Assembly (NCBI GenBank): GCA_028713125.1
Contig: JAQTOU010000001.1
Location: forward strand, 78,273-142,272
From: Elusimicrobiales bacterium
GTDB lineage: Bacteria > Elusimicrobiota > Elusimicrobia > Elusimicrobiales > UBA9959
Reading direction: 5' to 3'
Length of the DNA stretch: 64,000 nucleotides
This document shows positions 18,302-26,186 of this stretch, one piece after another. The first letter of the stretch is position 1, and the number at the start of each line of letters is the position of its first letter. The translations under genes were made by a program, and so were the position numbers. The notes beneath the pieces were generated by a model. That model was not told the DNA's origin and did not search any database. It was given only the letters and a program-made list of their open reading frames with translations.

Positions 18302-18859
18302 CTAACCGGAGGCTTTTAGCAGGTAAAGTTTCTTGTCCGCCATGCGGTAGAACATCGGCAGCACTTTTACGTTTGGATACTTCAGATTGAGCCGCTTCGC
18401 CTCGGCCCTGACGAAATCCAACTCGCTGCCGATCTCGAAGCGCGGGGCGTTCTTCAGAAAATGGCGCATGGCGTCCTTGCGGGTCCACCCTCCGTTCTTT
18501 ACGAGCCCGGAAACGAATTTCCCGCGCTTCGAGGCCAGGTTCACCATACCGCAGTTGTCGTGCGCTATCATAGCGACATGCCTTACGCCGCCTATCCCGA
18601 CCGCATAGGATATCTTGAACTCGTTATAGCGCATATTCCCCCCGCCGGTTCGGAGTATATAAGCGAAGTTATCGGGAAGGCTCAGCTGCTTCTTATTGTC
18701 CATGCACATGCAGACGAGGACTTCGGCCTTATGGTGCTTCCTCGGCGGCCTGCCGCAATTGTGGTAGTCGATCAGACGGCCGAGCGGGGTATGCCTTAAG
18801 CCCTGCGGGATGTCCGAGGCGGTCCTTACCGGTCTTAGGTCTTGCATGAAATGCGCCAT
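18302..18859 (-). CDS. Hypothetical protein with beta-carbonic-anhydrase-like Cys/His motifs
   Basis: 185 aa. CMCMDNKK (C-x-D) and IAHDNCGM (H-x-x-C-G) resemble the beta-CA zinc site, but Lys replaces the Arg of the Asp-Arg dyad. The assignment is tentative. Confidence 0.35.
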   Translation of the reverse strand: MAHFMQDLRPVRTASDIPQGLRHTPLGRLIDYHNCGRPPRKHHKAEVLVCMCMDNKKQLSLPDNFAYILRTGGGNMRYNEFKISYAVGIGGVRHVAMIAHDNCGMVNLASKRGKFVSGLVKNGGWTRKDAMRHFLKNAPRFEIGSELDFVRAEAKRLNLKYPNVKVLPMFYRMADKKLYLLKASG

Positions 18860-18909
18860 AAAATAGTCCCTGTCCGAGCCGCGCGGCTGCCGCGGCCGCG
18901 TCAGTAAAA

Positions 18910-18938
18910 AGTATAGCAGAGCCGCTGTATATGGGCAA
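18910..18938 (-). promoter_or_regulatory. Extended -10 promoter for the CA-like gene
   Basis: On the minus strand it reads TTGCCC, a 17-nt spacer, then TGcTATACT. It lies in the divergent region shared with the LysR gene. Confidence 0.4.
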
Positions 18939-18974
18939 AATAGATAATTTAGTAGAATATCATCGTATAAAACT

Positions 18975-19904
18975 ATGATACCTATAAACTACCACCACCT
19001 GTATTATTTCTACATCATCGCCCGGGAAGGAAGCATAAGCAGGGCCTGCAAGATCCTCCTGCTGGCGCAGTCCACGCTGAGCGCCCAGCTTATGCAGCTG
19101 GAGGCCTCCCTGGGAGGGAAGCTCTTCGAGCGGAAAAAGCAGCGGCTTCTCCTTACGGAGAAGGGGCGCATGGTGCTGGGCTATGCCGAGAGCATTTTTG
19201 AAATGGGGCGCGAACTTCAGGACGCGATCAAGGACCGGCCGCAGCCGGGCCGCAGCGCCATCCAGGTGGGGATATTGAACGGGACGCCGCGGGCCTTCGG
19301 GCACGCGCTTATAGAATGCCTGCTTAAGGACGCCGACCTGCCTCGCGTGACCGTCCAGGAAGGCAGCCTCGGGGAGCTTGTAGCGGGGCTGAGCCAGCAG
19401 AAGCTGGACGTCGTTCTTTCCGACGTAAGCATGCGGGGCCCGGACCAGGGGGCTATCTTCAACCACCTTATCGCGAAGATCCCGGTCGTCCTCGCCGCGT
19501 CTCCGAAAGTAGCCGGGCGCTGCCGGAAGATCCCGGCCGACCTGGACGGAGCGCCTTTTATCCTTCCCTCCCTGCCGAGCCAGGTCTATCACCAGGTGCA
19601 GGAGGCCCTGGCCCAGTGGAATATCCGGCCCAATGTGGTGGCTGAAGTTCAGGACGTGGAGCTGGCGCGCCGCCTGGCGATGGCCGGGCGCGGTATCGCG
19701 CCGATCAATGAATATACCGTAGCGTCAAGCCTCCCGGCCGGCCGGCTGAAGGTCATCGCGGCCAGCCGCGCTTTCGGGATCCATGAATCCGTCTATCTTA
19801 TTACGAGGAAAAGAAGATGGCCCAATCCGATGGCGGACCGGCTGGTAAAAAATTTCCGCGCTTTATTCGCGGCTAAAAGCGGCCGAGCTTCTCCGCTATT
19901 ATAA
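18975..19904 (+). CDS. LysR-family transcriptional regulator, NhaR-like
   Basis: 309 aa. The N-terminal wHTH INYHHLYYFYIIAREGSISRACKILLLAQSTLSAQLMQLE resembles NhaR. The 3' end overlaps the convergent CoA-transferase B gene by 32 nt. Confidence 0.85.
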   Translation: MIPINYHHLYYFYIIAREGSISRACKILLLAQSTLSAQLMQLEASLGGKLFERKKQRLLLTEKGRMVLGYAESIFEMGRELQDAIKDRPQPGRSAIQVGILNGTPRAFGHALIECLLKDADLPRVTVQEGSLGELVAGLSQQKLDVVLSDVSMRGPDQGAIFNHLIAKIPVVLAASPKVAGRCRKIPADLDGAPFILPSLPSQVYHQVQEALAQWNIRPNVVAEVQDVELARRLAMAGRGIAPINEYTVASSLPAGRLKVIAASRAFGIHESVYLITRKRRWPNPMADRLVKNFRALFAAKSGRASPLL

Positions 19905-20526
19905 GTTTGGCCCCGGTGTTCTTTATCACTTCTTCCACCGTAGTGTCCTCGGCTATTTCTTCGAGGACCAGGCCCGCCGGCGTCACTCTGATGAAAGCCA
20001 TTTCGGTGACGATGAGGTTGACCTCTTTCGGGGCGGTGAGAGGGAGGGTGCATTTCTTAACGATCTTCGGCTCGCCGTGCTTGCTGACGTGCTCCATCGC
20101 TATGACCACGTTCTTGGCGCCGACGGAGAGGTCCATGGCCCCGCCTATGCCGGGGATGAATTTGCCCGGGATAGTGTAGTTCGCCAGGTTCCCCTCCTCG
20201 TCCACTTCGAGGGCGCCCAGGATCGTGTAGTCCAGGTGGCCGCCGCGGATGATGGCGAAAGACATCGAGGAATCGAAGCAGCAGCCGCCGGGCACGAGCG
20301 TGGCCGCCTGGCCGCCGGCGTTCACCAGGTTAGGATCTTCCTGCCCGGGCGCGGCGGGCGCACCGAGGCCGATATAGCCGTTCTCGGAGTGCAGGAGTAT
20401 CCCTTTGCCCTCCGGGATAAAATTGCTGACCAGGGTGGGGATCCCGATGCCGAGGTTGACTATCGAATTCTCCGGCAGCTCCCTCGCTATTCTTTTCGCT
20501 ATCCTGAGCCTCATATTATCGTCCAT
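19873..20526 (-). CDS. 3-oxoacid CoA-transferase (family I), subunit B
   Basis: 217 aa. The catalytic-glutamate motif SENG is present (LLHSENGYIGLG). Confidence 0.85.
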   Translation of the reverse strand: MDDNMRLRIAKRIARELPENSIVNLGIGIPTLVSNFIPEGKGILLHSENGYIGLGAPAAPGQEDPNLVNAGGQAATLVPGGCCFDSSMSFAIIRGGHLDYTILGALEVDEEGNLANYTIPGKFIPGIGGAMDLSVGAKNVVIAMEHVSKHGEPKIVKKCTLPLTAPKEVNLIVTEMAFIRVTPAGLVLEEIAEDTTVEEVIKNTGAKLIIAEKLGRF

Positions 20527-20527
20527 T

Positions 20528-21202
20528 TTAGTTCACCCCTTTCGCGACGGCTTTCGAAACCTTCACCAGAGTATCTATGAAAACGCAAGGGAAAGTCACT
20601 TTTTCAGGGTCGAGCTGCCCAGGCTCGACTATCTCTTCCGCTTCGAGTATCACGTGGGCGGCCGCCATCGCCATCGCGGCGTTGAAATTCTTGGAGGAGC
20701 CGGCGGAGAAGCCGTTGCCGTATTTATCGGCCTTGTTCGCCCTGACCACCGCGAAGTCGGCCCTGAGCGGTTTCTCCAGGAGGTATTTTTTGCCGTCCAC
20801 CGTCAGGACTTCCTTCCCTTCGGCGATCGCGGTGCCGAGTCCCGTCGGGGTCAGCACCCCGCCAAGGCCGGCTCCCGCGGCGCGGATCCTCTCCACGAAA
20901 GTGCCCTGCGGGACGAGCTCTATCTTGATCTCGCCGGATTTCATCTTCTCGCCCATTATCCGGTTCATCCCGATGTAGGAGCCGATGAATTTAGTCACTC
21001 TGCCCGCCATGACCAGCTTGATGATCCCGGTTTCCTCTTTGGAGGTGTCGTTGGAGATGATGGTCAGGTCCTTTATGCCTTTTTCGTAGATGGCCTCGAG
21101 AACTTCGGCTGGCCGCCCGCAGGAAATAAAGCCGCCTATCATTATCGAGCAGCCGTCCTTCATGTTCTCAACAGCCTGCCGTGGTGTTTTAATCGGTTTC
21201 AT
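20528..21202 (-). CDS. 3-oxoacid CoA-transferase (family I), subunit A
   Basis: 224 aa from the ATG at 21202 (MKPIKTPRQAVENMKDGCSIMIGGF) with a GGAGG RBS. The track start at 21289 lies in a hairpin-rich leader and is rejected. Confidence 0.85.
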   Translation of the reverse strand: MKPIKTPRQAVENMKDGCSIMIGGFISCGRPAEVLEAIYEKGIKDLTIISNDTSKEETGIIKLVMAGRVTKFIGSYIGMNRIMGEKMKSGEIKIELVPQGTFVERIRAAGAGLGGVLTPTGLGTAIAEGKEVLTVDGKKYLLEKPLRADFAVVRANKADKYGNGFSAGSSKNFNAAMAMAAAHVILEAEEIVEPGQLDPEKVTFPCVFIDTLVKVSKAVAKGVN

Positions 21203-21374
21203 CGTACCTCCGCCGCTAAATTTAACAGTTCTCCTGAAAGTTGCAGTCGCAACTTTCCGCCCGCATTGCGGGCGCCCTGCGGGAGGCATACACCTCTTCG
21301 GGCCTGGCGCGCATAGCGCTGGGCCCTCCGCCCGCTCCGCGGGGAATCCTGCGGATTCAGGTTAAATTATAACA
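21203..21374 (-). promoter_or_regulatory. Extended -10 promoter plus ~155-nt hairpin-rich 5' leader of the CoA-transferase operon
   Basis: Minus-strand TGtTATAAT at 21374-21366. Perfect hairpins at 21344-21358 (6 bp), 21331-21343 (5 bp), 21258-21274 (7 bp) and 21236-21257 (9 bp). A 9-position long-range helix gcggagggc/gcctcccgc is also present. Confidence 0.45.
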
Positions 21375-21415
21375 AAATTTTTGTATTATAACGGTGACGC
21401 AAGCTAAGAGGTTTT

Positions 21416-22231
21416 ATGCATAAAGTCCACATAGATCACCGCGAATCGCTTATCAAAGAAAACCTGGCCCGCATCAGGCTCAAGATCCTGGTTATGAGCA
21501 ATAAAGGAGGGGTCGGCAAAAGCACTGTTTCCGTCAACTTCGCCTCGCTCCTCGCCGCCCGGGGTCTGAAAACCGGCCTTCTCGATATCGACATCCATGG
21601 GCCCTCTATCGCCCGCATGACCGGGCAGGAGGGCCAGTCCCATGTTTCGGACGGTAAATTCATACAGCCGCTGGAAGTGGCGCCAAACCTCAAGATGATC
21701 TCCATGGGCTCCATCATGAAAGAGGGGGACGCCCCCGTTATCTGGCGCGGCCCCATCAAACTCACGGTCCTCAGGCAGTTCCTCTCCGACGTGAACTGGG
21801 GAGACCTGGACGCCCTCGTCATAGACGCCCCCCCGGGCACCGGCGACGAGCCGCTTACGATCTGCCAGCTTATCCCGGAGATGACGGGCGCGGTCATAGT
21901 AACCACCGGCCAGGAAGTGGCCCTGCTCGATTCGCGGAAGGCGGTTAACTTCCTTAAGCAGGTGGGCATCCCCGTGCTTGGCATCCTGGAGAATATGACC
22001 GCCTTCGACTGCCCCCACTGCGCGAAGGAGATAAACCTTTTCAAGACCGGCGGCGGGCGCCGCGCCGCGGAAGAAATGGGCGTCCCTTTCCTCGGCAGCG
22101 TCCCTTTCGCCCCGCCGATGGTGGACGCCGGGGACGCCGGCAAGGCCTACGCCGTTGAAAGCCCGTCGGCGCCGGCCTCCTCCGCCATCAAAGCCGCGCT
22201 CGACGCCGCGCTGGCCGGAGTCAAGGGATGA
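21416..22231 (+). CDS. mrp: Mrp/ApbC/NBP35-family Fe-S cluster carrier ATPase
   Basis: 271 aa. Deviant Walker A SNKGGVGKST and a CPHC motif (FDCPHCAKE). AAGAGG RBS. Confidence 0.85.
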   Translation: MHKVHIDHRESLIKENLARIRLKILVMSNKGGVGKSTVSVNFASLLAARGLKTGLLDIDIHGPSIARMTGQEGQSHVSDGKFIQPLEVAPNLKMISMGSIMKEGDAPVIWRGPIKLTVLRQFLSDVNWGDLDALVIDAPPGTGDEPLTICQLIPEMTGAVIVTTGQEVALLDSRKAVNFLKQVGIPVLGILENMTAFDCPHCAKEINLFKTGGGRRAAEEMGVPFLGSVPFAPPMVDAGDAGKAYAVESPSAPASSAIKAALDAALAGVKG

Positions 22232-23070
22232 TAAAGATATTCGCCCTCATGGCCCTGCTGGCCGCGCCCTCGCAGGCTGAATTCCGGGCTTTCGGCCAGC
22301 AGGGAGCGGAGGTCCCGCCCCTTAATTTCTGCGCCTCCGGCAAATTCCTGGTCTACCTGGGCAGCTGTTCGCCAGGGGGAAAGATGAAGGACGTTATAAG
22401 CAGCAAGGCCTGCAGCGATATTGGGGGCATACTCTCGGACGGGCTCCCGGTGCTCTACCCCAATGCCAAGGTGGAAGGCTATACCGGTCTCAGCGCCGAG
22501 GAAGTGATGGAGAGCCTGATGCGCCCCGGCGTGCTCGGTTTCTTTTTTGTCGGCGAGGGCGACGCCAAAGGCGCCTTTATAACCGGCCCGGAGCGCGGGC
22601 GGGTCTACCCGGATATGTCGGCCTGTATGTCCGACCTGGACCTTTTCGCCGGGTTTACCTCGCACAGCAAGTATTCCCCCGCTTCCCCCGCCCCGAAGTC
22701 CGAACGGGCTCTGGTGATCAGCCGCACGCAGACGATCTTCGGAGGGGGCGGAGCCATGGCCGATTCCTGGCCCAAGCTGTGCAAGCCCCGGGTAAGCCTG
22801 GTCTATCCCACGCGCACCTTCGCGGGGCGCATGAAGGACGATGTTAAGAAATTCATGAATCTGCTGCAGGAAGAAAAACGCAAGCACGTCATGAAGACGC
22901 TAGCCGCTATCTGCGACAACTGCCAGGGCCATGTCGCCGCCAACGACGAACTGGCCAGGTTCTGCCCCCCCAACTCCGAGATCTGCAGGCAGCGCAAGAT
23001 CACTCCCGGTTCGGAAGAGTTCATCCTGAAAAATTATTGCCTGGCCCACGCGCCGGCGCCCTCCCGGTAA
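22228..23070 (+). CDS. Hypothetical secreted Cys-rich protein
   Basis: 280 aa. Signal peptide MIKIFALMALLAAPSQA. About 10 Cys, including a C-terminal CDNCQGH..FCPP..ICRQ cluster. ATGA overlap with mrp. No family recognised. Confidence 0.5.
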   Translation: MIKIFALMALLAAPSQAEFRAFGQQGAEVPPLNFCASGKFLVYLGSCSPGGKMKDVISSKACSDIGGILSDGLPVLYPNAKVEGYTGLSAEEVMESLMRPGVLGFFFVGEGDAKGAFITGPERGRVYPDMSACMSDLDLFAGFTSHSKYSPASPAPKSERALVISRTQTIFGGGGAMADSWPKLCKPRVSLVYPTRTFAGRMKDDVKKFMNLLQEEKRKHVMKTLAAICDNCQGHVAANDELARFCPPNSEICRQRKITPGSEEFILKNYCLAHAPAPSR

Positions 23071-23086
23071 AGCTGGCGCTGGCCGG

Positions 23087-23860
23087 TCAGCCGAAAAGTA
23101 CGGCGCGCATGGAGAGGGAGGCGTGCTGGTAGCCCTCGTAGGGATAGGAGGCTTTGTCCCCGAGGCCGGCCCCCAGCGCCGTCAGGAAAGGCCAGTAATG
23201 GTCCGGAGCCGGGACGGCGCGGAGCCCGCCGGGCAGCGCGGCGTAATCCGCCAAGTCCGCCCTTCTTCCAGTATCGATATATTCCTTAACTTTAAGATCG
23301 AACTGCCTGGCCCAGGCTAAAGGCGGGGCTTCGATATCCGGGTCCATAAGGCCGAGGTTGTGCACGATGTTCCCGCTCCCGATTATCAGGATCCCTTCTT
23401 TTCTCAGCGGCGCGAGACGCCGTCCAAGCTCATAGTGGGAACCGCCCTCCGCGGGGTAATCGACGCTCAGCTGGTACACCGGCACGTCCGCTTCCGGATA
23501 AAGCATGCGCAGGACGGTCCAGGCGCCGTGGTCCAGGCCGCGCCCTTCAAGAACAGGCGCCGGCTCCAGGAGCGCGGCGGTCCTGGCCGCCTCTCTCGCC
23601 GCGGGCGGAGGAGCGTATTTGATGCGGTAAAGTTCGTCGGGGAACCCGCCGAAGTCGTAGATGGTCTCGAATTCGGCGGATCCGTTCAGGCGGAGTACGC
23701 CTTCGGTGAGCCAGTGCGCCGAGACGCAGAGTATCGCTTCGGGCCTCGGGAGGGACTTCCCGAGCGCGGCCATCGCCCTGGTGAAAGAATTGTCCAGCAC
23801 CGCGTTCATCGGCGAGCCGTGGCCGATGAAGAGCGCCGGCATGAGCGGCGTTTTCTTCAC
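23087..23860 (-). CDS. ygiD: Class III extradiol dioxygenase, YgiD (4,5-DOPA dioxygenase)-like
   Basis: 257 aa. PALFIGHGSPMNA and CVSAHW motifs. The GTG start forms a GTGA overlap with the upstream stop (alternative ATG at 23842). Confidence 0.75.
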   Translation of the reverse strand: MKKTPLMPALFIGHGSPMNAVLDNSFTRAMAALGKSLPRPEAILCVSAHWLTEGVLRLNGSAEFETIYDFGGFPDELYRIKYAPPPAAREAARTAALLEPAPVLEGRGLDHGAWTVLRMLYPEADVPVYQLSVDYPAEGGSHYELGRRLAPLRKEGILIIGSGNIVHNLGLMDPDIEAPPLAWARQFDLKVKEYIDTGRRADLADYAALPGGLRAVPAPDHYWPFLTALGAGLGDKASYPYEGYQHASLSMRAVLFG

Positions 23861-25614
23861 AGCTTGAACTTCGGCAGCTTCGCCTTGCCCGGGACCAGGT
23901 TCTTAAGCAGACCGTCGCTCACGCCGGATATCCTGGATTCGGCCTCCTTAAGTTTAGCCCCCAGCTCCGCCTGCTTGACCGCGGCCGCATCGTCGAGTTT
24001 CGCCCGGTAGGGCTTCAGCGCTTCGTCCACCTTTCTCTGCGCCGCTTCCTGGGCCTTTTTAACTTCGGCGCCCAATGCCCCGGAAAAAGCCTTGGATACG
24101 GCGTTGGCGAGGTCGGTCTTTATGGACAGCCTCGGGCTCTTTATCGTGCCTGAGATATCCGTTTCGATGAGCGCGGCGGAAAGCCCGGCGAAAGAGGATT
24201 CTACCGCGGAGCGAAGCGGCGCCGCTTTTATTTTGTCCGCGCTTGCCTTGAAAGAAGCCCCGGCCAGGCGGGCCGCCGCCTTCCCGTCCAGCCGCTCTCC
24301 GGCCGTCCTCAGCGTCGCGTCAAAAGCCGCGCTGCCGCCGGTGATGTCCACCATGAAGGATGACGCCGAGCCCAGTTGCATTTGCTTTACCGGCATACCG
24401 GAGAAGGAAAGCTCCGAGGCGGTCTTTATCTCTTCGCCCGCGGCGTCGAGAGAAGCCCTGAAATCCAGCCTGCGCATCCCTTTGGCGCCCTTAACCGCTA
24501 TAGTGGTAGGTCGCCCGTAAACCTGCGGCTGGGTGGTCAGACCCTCCACTGTGCCGCTGTATTCCAGTGGATCCTCGGTCCCGAGCTCGCCGGTCAGCGA
24601 CAGTTTGCGCACCAGCACCGCAGGGTAGGATTTCTCCTTCGGGAAATGCACTTCGCGCCCGCGCGCGCCCTCGTTCTTCAGCACGCCCTTCGTGCTGGCC
24701 GGCATATACTTGCGGGCGAGGCTCATCCACTTCATGGCTTGAGCGGTTTTTTCCGCGATCACGGGTCCTGCCAGCATGCGGGCTATGGACTGGGTGTCCA
24801 TGGACGGCAGCTTCATTTTCGCCATCACGGCGGCCATGTCCTTCCTGCGCGCCTCGTCCAGGGCCTTGAAAGAGTCCTTGGCGCGCGCGAGCGCGGCCTC
24901 CGTTTCCTCTTTGTCCTTCCTGAAATCTGAAGCAAGTTTCTTGACTTCTTTGCCTATCTCGGCGTAGTCCTTGGCCTGCTTGGCGAAGTTCTTATCGTCC
25001 TTGGCCTTCTCGTAACGGGCTTTAAGCGCCTCCATTCCCGCCTCGTATTTCTTAGTGTCCAGCCGGGCCGAGATCGCCTCATAGTCTTTCTGATAGCTTT
25101 CCTCCAGCTGTTTGGCCAGCTTTACCGAGCCCAGCTCCGCCGGGTCCACTTTGTAGTCGGCGGCCGCGCCGGCCTTCGCGTCCGAAGTGCGCTCCAGGGC
25201 GAAATCCTTTGATTCTTTCTTGAGGTCCTCCACCAGCGGCGAAGGCACTTCCTTTACGAAGGCCAGTTTGCCGGAGGTTTTGCGGACGGTTCCGAAGCGC
25301 AGGCCTTTAAGGGAGGCGCTGTCGACCACGAGCTTTTTCTCCAGCAGCGGCGCGCCCTCGGCGGCGAAAGACAGCTCGGAGAATTCCACGAGGTTGCGGT
25401 ATTCATCTTTGGAGTCGCCCACGGCAAGGCCGGAGATCTTCAGCGAGGGGTGGAGGAAGCTGGTTTTAAGCGAGGCTATCTCGGCCTTGGCCTTCGCTCC
25501 TTTTTCCAGCCCTTTTATCATGCCCCATTTAAGGAGAGGGTCGAATGCGAAAAAGAAGAAGGCCCAGAGAAGAAGCAGCAGCGTAAGGCGGGGAGCTATG
25601 TATGACCAGCGCAT
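23857..25614 (-). CDS. Large envelope protein with N-terminal anchor, AsmA-like (TIGR03545-type as recalled)
   Basis: 585 aa. One N-terminal TM segment and a Lys/Ala/Glu-rich coiled middle region. It is paired with a small polytopic protein, as described for the TIGR03545/TIGR03546 pair. Not HMM-verified. Confidence 0.55.
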   Translation of the reverse strand: MRWSYIAPRLTLLLLLWAFFFFAFDPLLKWGMIKGLEKGAKAKAEIASLKTSFLHPSLKISGLAVGDSKDEYRNLVEFSELSFAAEGAPLLEKKLVVDSASLKGLRFGTVRKTSGKLAFVKEVPSPLVEDLKKESKDFALERTSDAKAGAAADYKVDPAELGSVKLAKQLEESYQKDYEAISARLDTKKYEAGMEALKARYEKAKDDKNFAKQAKDYAEIGKEVKKLASDFRKDKEETEAALARAKDSFKALDEARRKDMAAVMAKMKLPSMDTQSIARMLAGPVIAEKTAQAMKWMSLARKYMPASTKGVLKNEGARGREVHFPKEKSYPAVLVRKLSLTGELGTEDPLEYSGTVEGLTTQPQVYGRPTTIAVKGAKGMRRLDFRASLDAAGEEIKTASELSFSGMPVKQMQLGSASSFMVDITGGSAAFDATLRTAGERLDGKAAARLAGASFKASADKIKAAPLRSAVESSFAGLSAALIETDISGTIKSPRLSIKTDLANAVSKAFSGALGAEVKKAQEAAQRKVDEALKPYRAKLDDAAAVKQAELGAKLKEAESRISGVSDGLLKNLVPGKAKLPKFKL

Positions 25615-25615
25615 A

Positions 25616-26128
25616 TCAGACGGCCCCCTTGAAGTACCAGTCCAGGAGCCAGGAGGCCTTAAGGGCCTTCACGAATTTGGAGTTCATTACCCTGTCCCGG
25701 AACTTCTCATTGTAAAAGATCCCGAAGCGCCGGCCCATGAAATAGACCGGGGCGGCCAGCAGCGCGCCCAGGACCAGCCCGCCGGGGACCACGGTATTGT
25801 TGAAGCCTGTCCACGGCGCCAGGGGCATATTGTAAAGCTTGGTCCAGAGCGGGCGCAGGGCTTCGCTGGTCAGCAGGGCGTAGCCGATCGGGTCGGTGAT
25901 CTTATCGAGGAGCGGGTTCACGAGGCTGACGGCGAAGACGGTGAGTATGGCCATCGGGATATTGACCCGGGTGGCCATCATGACTACTATAAGCAGCTGG
26001 GCCGTAAGAGTTGCTTTCGGCATCATTCCGATGAGAAAACCCAGCGTTATGCCGGCGCCTATCTGGCCCGGGGTGGTCTCGGCCGTGAGGCCCTGGAAGA
26101 ACTGGCGTATGATTGCAAGTGGGTTCAT
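25616..26128 (-). CDS. Small polytopic membrane protein, DUF2062/TIGR03546-like
   Basis: 170 aa. QIGAGITLGFLIGMMP motif and 3-4 TM segments. Its stop is 1 nt from the start of the 585-aa partner gene. Confidence 0.55.
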   Translation of the reverse strand: MNPLAIIRQFFQGLTAETTPGQIGAGITLGFLIGMMPKATLTAQLLIVVMMATRVNIPMAILTVFAVSLVNPLLDKITDPIGYALLTSEALRPLWTKLYNMPLAPWTGFNNTVVPGGLVLGALLAAPVYFMGRRFGIFYNEKFRDRVMNSKFVKALKASWLLDWYFKGAV

Positions 26129-26171
26129 AAGGTTAATATATTAAAAGCGGGGCGGCGGTTCAAGAAGGGTT

Positions 26172-26180
26172 TGGTATAAT
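26172..26180 (+). promoter_or_regulatory. Extended -10 box (TGgTATAAT) 6 nt upstream of the mntP ATG
   Basis: TGGTATAAT at 26172-26180. No SD sequence lies between it and the ATG at 26187, suggesting a leaderless or near-leaderless transcript. Confidence 0.4.
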
Positions 26181-26186
26181 TGTCTT

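Noticed and set aside
26129-26186. A yybP-ykoY Mn2+ riboswitch upstream of mntP.
   Set aside because: Only 58 nt of intergenic space are available, the conserved GGGGAGUAG-type elements are absent, and an extended -10 box abuts the ATG.
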